Source: Nemertoderma westbladi (taxonomy: Eukaryota > Animalia > Xenacoelomorpha). From it: a DNA stretch of 57,821 nucleotides. The stretch lies in assembly GCA_032718475.1 (NCBI GenBank), contig JAUCBJ010002232.1:1-57821 (forward strand), in the 5' to 3' direction. The position numbers were made by a program, and so were the translations under genes. The notes below the pieces were generated by a model. The model was given only the letters and a program-made list of their open reading frames with translations. It had not been told where the DNA came from and did not search any database. Of this stretch, positions 10,346 through 22,073 are shown one piece after another (within the stretch, counting starts at the first letter, position 1; every line of letters begins with the position of its first letter).

Positions 10346-11807
10346 AACGTCATTGCCGACTTCATACAGCTGTGCCCTATAAAAGTTATAATAATATGAT
10401 ACAACTCATTCACCCAAACCAATAATAATAAATCACGAAATTTGATTGGTTTCGTAAAAACATATTATTTTATATAAACCCACCCCATTTAATATATCCA
10501 ACCCGATGGTCATACCCACCGTTACCTGAGCAGTAAACTGCACGTTGACGGATACTTTGAGTGATGGGAACATTGCAACCAAATGATAACAAACATCCAT
10601 CAGCCTATACATCTATGGGCTCATTGCTGGACGGTCGTCTTGCAACACAACAGTTAGCTAACACTTAAGCCCCCGGTAATTCATCCGCTCTATCATGATC
10701 AGTATCGTTGACCAGGTTTCACATGTTTGGACATGTCTCATCCGCAGTGACTGCCGGTTTTGCCAATACGATGTCTCAGTTGTAAATTAGCATTGTATCC
10801 AAACCAAGAAGCCACGTGTTAACCATGGTGTACCTGTACATTTACACACACATACCACCGAGGAGGGAGTGGTTGCCTTCTGCGCCCCTCAGCAGGTGAT
10901 GCCAAGGAGGTGTGCTCAGCAGCTACTGTAGCATGGGCTTTGACGGACCTTCTCATGTGTGATTCTGAGAGATGCCCATATTATTGAGAATTAATTAGTA
11001 ACATTTCATATTAGTATATTACCAATTTGTTGTCAATCCAAATGGAAATTTTTAATTTGTAGCAATCAAAACCAGGGCAACATTGGATGTTGCCTGTTCT
11101 AGACTGCTGTAGTCTTCGAGCACCATGCAATGTTTATTACATTAAACCCAGATCATCAACAAAGTCAAGGTTCATCCATTTTATAAATGGTTTAACTCAA
11201 CCTCTACAACCCTTGGAGTGTTGTATTTTCACCCTATCTTCATTATGTTGGTCAAGAATTATTTGGAGCTCACAATAATAATTACAAATAATTTTTCAAT
11301 TTAATCGAGTGAATTTTTTGATTAGCATATAATATATTTTACTTCATTCACGGGTGTGAGCATTATTATTGCCCTTTGAAGTAAGATTTATTTCTTGTGT
11401 GTGTGTGCTATATTATTATTGGTGTGTCATTAACCCGGTACCCAGTAAAGATTATCTTCGGTCAATGAATTTCAGAATTTCTTTCGAATTTCAGCTACTT
11501 TCAAACTAGGGATGATCGTTATTTAGTTACTAAATTAAATCAAAAGAATAATCCATCAAGAGATTAAGGAGGTATGCCCACGAGACAAATTAATGGAAAA
11601 TGGCACCACCATTACTTGTCCTGGAGTCCAATCTGAAAACACTGGGAACAGGGCGCAGGGATTTTGGGTCACCATGACCTCTCGCTATAAAACAAAACCA
11701 CAACATATGGTTTACTATGGTTTAAACAACATATGGCGAGCCATATGGAAAATGAATATAGTTTAGTAAGTGAGAACGTGCCCTTGTCACCGCGTTAAGC
11801 ATAATAT

Positions 11808-13388
11808 ACTACTACTACTAGGATCGGCATGCTGCATTGCAGCTGCATTTTTAAGAATGCTGTGCCGGCTTGTCAACAAAATTGCACCGCCACAACTCCC
11901 TATCACCCATGACATTTGCTAGATCATCCGCATCTTTATGGCCAGTGTCCTTTAAGATGCGTCTCAAGAAAGTCATGGGCTGTCCACCATGCTTATTCAC
12001 TCCATGAGGCTGCCAAAGTACAAGATTATGCACTGGCTGGTCCTCACGGCGAAAGCAATGTCCTGCAAAGCGGAGGCGATTTTGTTCTAGTGTCAAGCTT
12101 GGGGGAACCAATGAGACACCTCCAATGTTATATAGTGTCTGGTTGGAGATGTGTGCATTGTACTTGACACAATGTACCCGGCGTAGCATTCTTGTGAATG
12201 TGCCATCCAGAGATTTGGTGTCCTCAGCAGTTAGAGCCCAGCATGGACTCCCGTAGAGGAGTACTGGAACTACTGCTGCTCTAAATAATCGGACCTTAAG
12301 TTTCCGATTAATTCTAGGTGACTTCCAAATCCTGGAAAGCCTATTCAAGGCTGCCCATGCCTTTCCCTTACGTATTCGAAGGCCCTCACTCGAAGATCCT
12401 CACCTGACTTCCGGATCCATGATCCCAGGTAACAGAAGTCGTCCACATGCTCAAGCATACCATCCTTTGAGCTTATGCTCATCCGATCAGAGACTTGCTG
12501 ATTACTTTCAAAGTTAACTGTCAGAATTTTGGTCTTTCTGGAGTTAATAAAAAGACCAACACTAGAAGCAGCATGTTCTAATGAGCTGAGGAGCCGTTGG
12601 GCTCCCTCTAATGACCCTGAGAGTACTCCTAAGTCATCAGCAAAGTCTAGATCAGTTAGGTACTTGGCAGGATTTCCTCGACTTCTGAAGCCAGTAGGTG
12701 GAGTTATCATCACCCCATCATCATTATGATGATCTAAGGACATGCGTAGAACATAGTCAACCACAATAATGAACAAGAATGGTGCAAGTGTGTCTCCTTG
12801 GAGGACGCCCCATAACACTTCAAATGGTTCTGTGTCACCGTCAACAGTAGACACAAATGTTGTCGAACCATCGTATACTGATCTGATTGCTGCAATAATT
12901 TCATCAGGAATCCCATATAATGAAAGTATGCTGAACATACGTGAGCGAGAGACTGAATCAAAGGCCTTGAAGAAGTCAACAAAGATAACAGCCAGATGCC
13001 TGTCTTTCTTTTTTGATAACTCTTCAATTATCCTTCTAAGTGCCAAAATGGGCTCCATGGTCCCACGACCTTTACGGAACCCATTCTGATTACCACGTAG
13101 CAGTCTCTCAATGGGATCCCTGATGCGATTTAATAGAATCTATTGTATAGTTTTGCAGCAATCGAGATCAATGAGATTCCCCGAAAAGAAGCATAGAGTG
13201 TTAGGTTGCCCTTCTTGGGAACTGGCACCAACTTATTTGTTTTCATTTCTTGTGGCACTCTTGTTGTACGGTACATGTCTACTATGATGGGATAGATGAG
13301 CTTTAAACACTCAGGTATTTTAAAGACCTCAGGGGGAACACCATCTACTCCACTGGCACGACTGGTCTTAATGCTCTTTGCAGCATAA
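11808..13388 (-). pseudogene. RTE/RTE-X clade LINE 3' fragment (RT), frameshifted
   Basis: ORF pieces 13130-13388, 12345-13058 and 11851-12348: PVPKKGNL..FRGISLISIAAKLYN, FVDFFKAFDS, GVLQGDTLAPFLF, DLDFADD, FCYLGS, LRFAGHC..LVLWQP. (TAG)n tail at 11808-11821. Confidence 0.92.
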
Positions 13389-13390
13389 TA

Positions 13391-14130
13391 TACTAGGTTT
13401 AGATTCAGAGACCAATTTAGGTGACAGAAAAATGGTGGTTTACTGAGTAATATTTCAGCCAACAGCCCTTTATCAAACTCAAACAATCAGATATATCTAC
13501 CAACAGAGAAGCACAGTACAGACTCAGAATGCAATTCAAATTTCCCTCTAAAGACTATTGCACCAAAAAATAAAAGATATACAGTACTTCAACTTATTTA
13601 ATGTTTCTAATTTTAATTGCACCAAATTGAAAAAATGATTGAAAAAAGTCTATTCTAAATTTAGCGTGTGTCGTAATAGTAAAAAAAAGAAATATATAAA
13701 AAATGTATATAAAGAAATTTTTTTGTACCCGTGATAATGTTTATATTACCTACCATCCCGTATCGAAATCTTTAGCGTGCTGTATGTTAATGCTTGGTGT
13801 TTTTGTATGTATATATATAGATGGTGCTATTTTTTTTTTTACTATTACGACACACGCTAAATTTAGAATAGACTTTTTTCAATCATTTTTTCAATTTGGT
13901 GCAATTAAAATTAGAAACATTAAATTAGTTGAAGTACTGTATATCTTTTCTTTTTTGGTGCAATAGTCTTTAGAGGGAAATTTGAATTGCATTCTGAGTC
14001 TGTACTGTGCTTCTCTGTTGGTAGATATATCTGATTGTTTGAGTTTGATAAAGGCCTGTTGGCTGAAATATTACTCAGTAAACCACCATTTTTCTGTCAC
14101 CTTAATTGGTCTCTGAATCTAAACCTAGTA
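13391..14130. mobile_element. Palindromic MITE with ~300-bp terminal inverted repeats and TA flanks
   Basis: TACTAGGTTTAGATTCAGAGACC...GGTCTCTGAATCTAAACCTAGTA. Arms ~13391-13688 and ~13832-14130 are near-perfect reverse complements. TA on both sides. Confidence 0.92.
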
Positions 14131-14895
14131 TAGAAAATGAATATAATTAACCAGGCGTGTAGATGGTTGATCTGAGGTAAGATCCGCATTAGAAATGGTG
14201 CGACAGACCATTTACAATCGAGTGATAAGGTAAGATAAGGTTTTGTTAATTTTATGTTTTATAAGTAAATAAACAAATAGTCTTGCGACAGGTTGATGAA
14301 TGTTTACCAATATAAACAATTTATGTAAACAGTATCAACAATTTTCCAAGTTCTTATCGCTGACAAAACAGCCATCTCATCTCATCATTTACTTGATACA
14401 TTGTGAATATTGGCATTATCTTAACTATCCAATATAAATCACAGTACATATCGCTTTTCACAAATTTTAACACAGTAATGTTACATATTAATCATCAATT
14501 ACCTTCCTTATCACTACATTGCGAATGGACCTTATTGATACTGATAGTTTGTTGACCTAAAGTTCGCTGCAGGAATATACTGGGACTTCCACCGCGCTAT
14601 TTTATATATATATCGGTTGGATATAATGGTGAAAGACAGGAAACTTAAATATCTCAAGATATGACGTCACTGCCTCTCTGTCAGTTGGTGGAGTTTTATG
14701 AATAGCGTTACGGGTAGTCTCCTAATTATGTGCTATTGTAATTCTAACTAAATCTAACGATATAAACAAAACAAACTCATATGTTTTTGAGTGTACTGTA
14801 GAATAACAATATCGTTATCAACCAGTTGCTAATGATGTCACATACTTTTATTATTAGTTTCAAAATTGGTTTACTATAGGTTTTACAAAAATAAT

Positions 14896-17813
14896 TCTCA
14901 AACTCATTTACAAAGGGATTGTCTGTTGGACTGTTTACTCTCAAACTCATTTACCAAGGGATTGTCTGTTGGACTGTGTACTCTCAAACTCATTTACAAA
15001 GGGATTGTCTGTTGGACTGTTTACTCTCAAACTCAATTACCAAGGGATTGTCTGTTGGACTGTTTACTCTCAAACTCATTTACAAAGGGATTGTCTGTTG
15101 GACTGTTTACTCTCAAACTCATTTACAAAGGGATTGTCTGTTGGACTGTTTACTCTCAAACTCATTTACAAAGGGAATGTCTGTTGGACTGTTTACTCTC
15201 AAACTCATTTACCAAGGGATTGTCTGTTGGACTGTTTACTCTCAAACTCATTTACCAAGGGATTGTCTGTTGGACTGTTTACTCTCAAACTCATTTACCA
15301 AGGGATTGTCTGTTGGACTGTTTACTCTCAAACTCATTTACAAAGGGATTGTCTGTTGGACTGTTTACTCTCAAACTCATTTACCAAGGGATTGTCTGTT
15401 GGACTGTTTACTCTCAAACTCATTTACAAAGGGATTGTCTGTTGGACTGTTTACTCTCAAACTCATTTACAAAGGGATTGTCTGTTGGACTGTTTACTCT
15501 CAAACTCATTTACCAAGGGATTGTCTGTTGGACTGTTTACTCTCAAACTCATTTACCAAGGGATTGTCTGTTGGACTGTTTACTCTCAAACTCATTTACA
15601 AAGGGATTGTCTGTTGGACTGTTTACTCTCAAACTCATTTACCAAGGGATTGTCTGTTGGACTGTTTACTCTCAAACTCATTTACAAAGGGATTGTCTGT
15701 TGGACTGTTTACTCTCAAACTCATTTACCAAGGGATTGTCTGTTGGACTGTTTACTCTCAAACTCATTTACAAAGGGATTGTCTGTTGGACTGTTTACTC
15801 TCAAACTCATTTACCAAGGGATTGTCTGTTGGACTGTTTACTCTCAAACTCATTTACCAAGGGATTGTCTGTTGGACTGTTTACTCTCAAACTCATTTAC
15901 AAAGGGATTGTCTGTTGGACTGTTTACTCTCAAACTCATTTACCAAGGGATTGTCTGTTGGACTGTTTACTCTCAAACTCATTTACCAAGGGATTGTCTG
16001 TTGGACTGTTTACTCTCAAACTCATTTACAAAGGGATTGTCTGTTGGACTGTTTACTCTCAAACTCATTTACCAAGGGATTGTCTGTTGGACTGTTTACT
16101 CTCAAACTCATTTACCAAGGGATTGTCTGTTGGACTGTTTACTCTCAAACTCATTTACAAAGGGATTGTCTGTTGGACTGTTTACTCTCAAACTCATTTA
16201 CCAAGGGATTGTCTGTTGGACTGTTTACTCTCAAACTCATTTACCAAGGGATTGTCTGTTGGACTGTTTACTCTCAAACTCATTTACAAAGGGATTGTCT
16301 GTTGGACTGTTTACTCTCAAACTCATTTACCAAGGGATTGTCTGTTGGACTGTTTACTCTCAAACTCATTTACAAAGGGATTGTCTGTTGGACTGTTTAC
16401 TCTCAAACTCATTTACCAAGGGATTGTCTGTTGGACTGTTTACTCTCAAACTCATTTACCAAGGGATTGTCTGTTGGACTGTTTACTCTCAAACTCATTT
16501 ACAAAGGGATTGTCTGTTGGACTGTTTACTCTCAAACTCATTTACAAAGGGATTGTCTGTTGGACTGTTTACTCTCAAACTCATTTACAAAGGGATTGTC
16601 TGTTGGACTGTTTACTCTCAAACTCATTTACAAAGGAATTGTCTGTTGGACTGTGTACTCTCAAACTCATTTACCAAGGGATTGTCTGTTGGACTGTTTA
16701 CTCTCAAACTCATTTACCAAGGGATTGTCTGTTGGACTGTTTACTCTCAAACTCATTTACCAAGGGATTGTCTGTTGGACTGTTTACTCTCAAACTCATT
16801 TACAAAGGGATTGTCTGTTGGACTGTTTACTCTCAAACTCATTTACCAAGGGATTGTCTGTTGGACTGTTTACTCTCAAACTCATTTACAAAGGGATTGT
16901 CTGTTGGACTGTTTACTCTCAAACTCATTTACCAAGGGATTGTCTGTTGGACTGTTTACTCTCAAACTCATTTACAAAGGGATTGTCTGTTGGACTGTGT
17001 ACTCTCAAACTCATTTACCAAGGGATTGTCTGTTGGACTGTTTACTCTCAAACTCATTTACAAAGGAATTGTCTGTTGGACTGTGTACTCTCAAACTCAT
17101 TTACCAAGGGATTGTCTGTTGGACTGTTTACTCTCAAACTCATTTACCAAGGGATTGTCTGTTGGACTGTTTACTCTCAAACTCATTTACCAAGGGATTG
17201 TCTGTTGGACTGTTTACTCTCAAACTCATTTACAAAGGGATTGTCTGTTGGACTGTTTACTCTCAAACTCATTTACCAAGGGATTGTCTGTTGGACTGTT
17301 TACTCTCAAACTCATTTACAAAGGGATTGTCTGTTGGACTGTTTACTCTCAAACTCATTTACAAAGGGATTGTCTGTTGGACTGTTTACTCTCAAACTCA
17401 TTTACCAAGGGATTGTCTGTTGGACTGTTTACCCTCAAACTCATTTACCAAGGGATTGTCTGTTGGACTGTGTACTCTCAAACTCATTTACCAAGGGATT
17501 GTCTGTTGGACTGTTTACTCTCAAACTCATTTACCAAGGAATTGTCTGTTGGACTGTGTACTCTCAAACTCATTTACCAAGGGATTGTCTGTTGGATTGT
17601 TTACTCTCAAACTCATTTACAAAGGGATTGTCTGTTGGACTGTTTACCCTTAAACTCATTTACCAAGGGATTGTCTGTTGGACTGTTTACTCTCAAACTC
17701 ATTTACAAAGGGATTGTCTATTGGACTGTTTACTCTCAAACTCATTTACAAAGGGATTGTCTGTTGGACTGTTTACTCTCAAACTCATTTACCAAGGGAT
17801 TGTCTGTTGGACT
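14896..17813. repeat. 43-bp satellite array, left part (~68 units)
   Basis: Unit CTCAAACTCATTTAC(C/A)AAGGGATTGTCTGTTGGACTGTTTACT. Confidence 0.99.
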
Positions 17814-18997
17814 TGTTCGCGCTTTCAGACCTTTAGCAGTTTAACCTGCCAAATTTGGAAATCTTCTAGATAATAAATCGACTTTAGCCTATGACGAAGT
17901 ATTTGATACACTACATTAGCCGAAGCCAGTCTATGCGCGACCATTCACCCGCTGGATATACCCGGGAGACTGGATTTGGAAGCCTAACCTTATTGCGGTG
18001 TTAGGCCTACTGTATTATTCGATTGATTGTTAATATATAATTTCTGACAAATATTATTCACTTTCGGGAAATATTAACAGTTCCTTTAGGACGTGGCGCT
18101 CTAAATATGTAAACAAAGTTATGACTTACACTAGACACAACGGGATGGCTATGGATTCACGTATATAGCGCATTCTTTAGGAGATGCTTTGTTATCAGTC
18201 ACAATCATATACACTACCGCACAATACTGCACACTGATCTGCCGACCTTCACTAATTTTAGTCACATATAAAGAGAACAACAACCGACTCATGTAGTGCC
18301 TATGAAATAGCATTAGATTCACTCCAAAACCACTTTAATGTAAGTCGCAATTGTTATATGTAACCGGTCTCTCTAACCTTCAGTATGTCAAGAAGATTGG
18401 GGTTTCTGATTATTGATCGATATTATCCAAATATAACAATATTCCATCAACTGATATAATGAATAACCGACAGTAAATAGCAGTAAAAATGCGGTGTTTG
18501 TAGTTGACAATATGATTAGGTGAGTTATGATTAGTTATGAATTGAATTGATAACAGATATACGTTTCTATGATTAAGCCTACTAATGTTTGGCTAAAGCC
18601 TGAAAACACAGAGGTTCCAAAGCCGGTCTTCTGGCTGTGGACAAAATACACATACAGACTCAATTCATGAGTTTCTGTATACAACCTCCAACACAGAGTC
18701 AAAAAACGCTCTGATTGGTCGACCGAACAAAGAAACGACAGAGAACAAAGAAAAAGCTCCACGTGTACAGATCAGCTGTTAGCTGTCGTCATAGTAACTA
18801 CACTGTTTCAAGAGGATTTAGCGTATTGCGACATAGAATTGCTAGTTATGTCCGCTAAATTACACATACAGAAGAAATGGCTTTTTATGTCCACTAAAAC
18901 ACCGGTACAGTAAGGAAACGGCTTTTGATGTCTGTTAAAACACCTACAGAGTACTTTGCGGGAAAAATAACCAGCTAATTCCGCAAAAGCTTTTACA
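17814..18997 (-). repeat. 3' LTR of BEL copy 1
   Basis: About 98-99% identical by eye to 39681-40852. Preceded on the minus strand by the purine tract GGGAGCGG. Confidence 0.97.
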
Positions 18998-19005
18998 CCG
19001 CTCCC
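18998..19005 (-). other. Polypurine tract
   Basis: GGGAGCGG immediately 5' of the 3' LTR on the element's sense strand. Confidence 0.7.
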
Positions 19006-19075
19006 AGAAAATGGGATTTAATTCTATAAAATATAAAAAATCACAGTTTCTAAAATATAGAAATACTCTAAACAG

Positions 19076-20434
19076 TTAGTTTTTCTTGCGCGGACGGCGT
19101 TTACGCAGTTTTTTGAGGCTAGCAAGAGTCCTTTTCTCTTTGGGGCGAGCCACTTTACTAGGAGGGCTATAACCCTTGGGTAAAGGGTGCAATACAATTG
19201 CATCTGAAGGTTTAGGGTTACGGTCGATGTCTCGTCCATTTCGATATGCTTCTCCTCGAGCTGATTTTCCTCCGCTTATCGTTGGATGCGTTCGTCCAAA
19301 ACTCTTGCAGAGAACAGGGTCGTCCAAGTTCGATATTTTCTTAGAGATTCTGAATTTCCTGATCGAACTGAGATAAAGTTAATTCGTTTACCGCTTGGAC
19401 TTGCTGCTGCAATTTACGTTTCTCTAAACAATTGTAGGTTCATTTTCCGCTCTTTTGACGAATAGTGTCCAACGCGTTTCGTACAACTCTCTCCTCCGCC
19501 TCGGTGACAGGTTGTATCGGGTTAAACAGGGACGATGATACGGTTGAATGACGATATTAGATGTCCGCGTCCCAATCCGACTAGGTAAGATGGCCGAATA
19601 TTTAGGGAGCCCACAACCGGAGTGCCACCGACTAACTGTTCGGGTAACACTAGATCTTTGAACAGTGAGTACAGTTCGGGAGGATCCGTGATACTATTAG
19701 GATCAAGAGTCTGAGGTCTAACTAGGGAATGAGGAGGTCTGACCGAGTATTCCGGAACTCTGATCATAGGTTTATTTAAGGATTGTTTGAATCGAGCGAG
19801 CGTAGGTGATACATCAAACAAGTTTCGCTCGAAACTCCGGTAAATATAGCGAGTAAAACAGTGTTTAAAGCAACGTCTCTACGGATGTTTATGTCTTTCC
19901 GTTTGTTGGTTGGGTCTTGGGCATTCATTGCAATAATACCAAAGACGCACGTCTTGTAGGGGAAACGCGGGTGATATTTATTCGGTTTTACAATGTTTCT
20001 CTCAAGAATTCCAAATATACGTTGGAGTTACCGCGTTTATCCGGTTCTTTAACGTCTTCTCTTTCGAGTCGATTTCGAATAGAATTTTCGCATTCGATTC
20101 TCAATTTATCGTTCCGACTCCGCTGGGTATGATATTTAAACAGGACCATTTCCCTTTCGGTGTCGATATCGTCCGTATCGTGTAAATCGATAGGATGGCC
20201 AGTAGTTAAGAAGTCCATATACGTACCATTACAATGCGTATAGCGAGCAGTGAATTTTCGATAGTCCAATTCACGCGTAAGTTGCTCCTGGGACATCGGC
20301 GGTTCGATATAACGACCATCGTCCTCCATAGTAGTTGGACTAGCGTCGCTGCGTATCAAGCTATCAACAAACGCTTGCAACGGTAGAGTATATTTCTCCC
20401 TGATACCAAGATCATCTTCTATCAACTGAGTCAT
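19076..20434 (-). pseudogene. Decayed accessory ORF of unknown function at the env position of the BEL element
   Basis: Collinear protein-like ORF pieces 19988-20434, 19522-19821 and 19076-19327, in the sense orientation, in a block with higher GC than the flanking UTR. Confidence 0.55.
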
Positions 20435-21252
20435 AGCTGCTATATGAGTTTATCAATATTATAATGAGTTGATATTTAGGATAGCGGGCGTCGCTGCCTA
20501 CCCCTCTCGGCCCCCGGACAGCGCAAGATCCTCAGCGCTGGTGTACTTTCGCCGATGTGCCTATCGCCAACGTAGTAGCTACACAACTACCACAACAACC
20601 AGCACGAGTCACTCCACCGTCCGTCCCAAAGGCTTAGATTTACTTCAGGTTCTTACTGGAGAGTTAGGGCTACTTTCACAATTGCGACTCGCTACTGTAA
20701 ACACACTTTAGTAGTAACATTCACCTATAAACGCACAAATTCTACACAACTGTCACAAATCGCACACATTCGGGCCATTTGTCCGTTAGTCAGTGCCTTC
20801 CAGAATGCCACGTTATTATTATGTATCCTTGGATACTAGCAGTGTGCTATTTATTCCCTATGCTATTCAATGGGGCAAGCCTTTATTGTTCTTTTAACTC
20901 ACTTCTAATTCTAGCGTGGTTGTTGCCATGGTGACATTATGGAAAGCTAGCGGTAGAATTAGGGTAATTCTCATGCATACAGATCTGGGATGCTATTTAA
21001 TAGTAATTCTTTAGTTGTCAATATCCTCTTTATACATGATTTTATGAATTTTATCGGCTATTGACTATATATTGGAGATTCTCACACACTAAAACACTTA
21101 ATAGGGTGAATCTCCGCTCCCATGATCTATTAATTAATGGAATTTTGGGAATGTTATAAATTGCATAAAAATGACAATTTATCAAATTCATTAAAAGATA
21201 CGAATTTAAATTTATTCCCGTAAATTTTATTATTTAATATTAAATAGACACA

Positions 21253-21545
21253 ATTTTATTCCAGAACATGTCTGGGGACTAGGATCCTTGATTCTAGGAA
21301 ATTGGTCTTTTTAAGAATATCGGTAAGTGCTACGATATCTTAATAGACTAGAATTTTAAAGGATCTAAAATTTGACAGATTTTGTAAATATTAATAATTA
21401 ATATTTAGGATGGGCACCAGTTTATTCCAGAACATGTCTGGGGACATTAACCACTGATTCTAGAATTTTGTCTTTCAAGTATATCGGTGGGTGCCGCGAT
21501 ATCTCAATCGACTAGAATTACAGATGGTCAAAGGGTTTAACAGAT
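21253..21545. repeat. ~165-bp tandem duplication in the BEL post-pol region
   Basis: TTTATTCCAGAACATGTCTGGGGAC...GACTAGAATT occurs twice. Confidence 0.8.
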
Positions 21546-22073
21546 TTATTTGCGTTGTACGCTACTGTTAAAGGGACATCACGCTACTATATGTATTATT
21601 TAATATACGGTATGAGAGCAATATCGCACGAAGCAATGTCAGTGAGAAGAGGCAAGTTGTTTCCAAGGTCTACCCAGAGCTTGGTTTAGCCGAGACACGA
21701 GGATCTGAATTTTGCATTCCTAATACTCTACTTTACCAATAATACTTGAATATAGTAGGAGCTTTATTGTACTTTAATAAGTACGTATATTTCATCTTAC
21801 TGTAGTTACGTATTTGTAATGTAATACGGACAGGACAGTAAGGAAAGAGAAAAAGAATTATTTCTCGCCATCGCTCTAAATGTATAATATATAAGTAATT
21901 AAGTAATAAACGCGAATATATATTGCACTAATCTACTAAATAATCGCTAAAATAACATTCTACTAAATAAAATTAAAGAAAACGATTATAATAAAATTAC
22001 ATAATAATATATACATAAATATAAAATGATAAGAATATAAAATAATATGGTCACACACCCACTCCAGACGCTG

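Noticed and set aside
10855-10925. HDV-like ribozyme on the minus strand (CCTCCT..GG motifs)
   Set aside because: Could not build consistent P1/P2 pairings.
14896-17813. CRISPR-like regular repeats
   Set aside because: Head-to-tail units with no unique spacers, no cas genes, and a eukaryotic context.
14866-17873. Three overlapping 900-990-aa ORFs with a 43-aa period (also 40887-43263)
   Set aside because: Artefact of a stop-free 43-bp satellite unit cycling through all three frames. No coding signal.
18535-18762. 75-aa ORF duplicated at 40390-40617
   Set aside because: Lies inside the LTRs, so the duplication is trivial. Non-ATG start and no recognisable motif.
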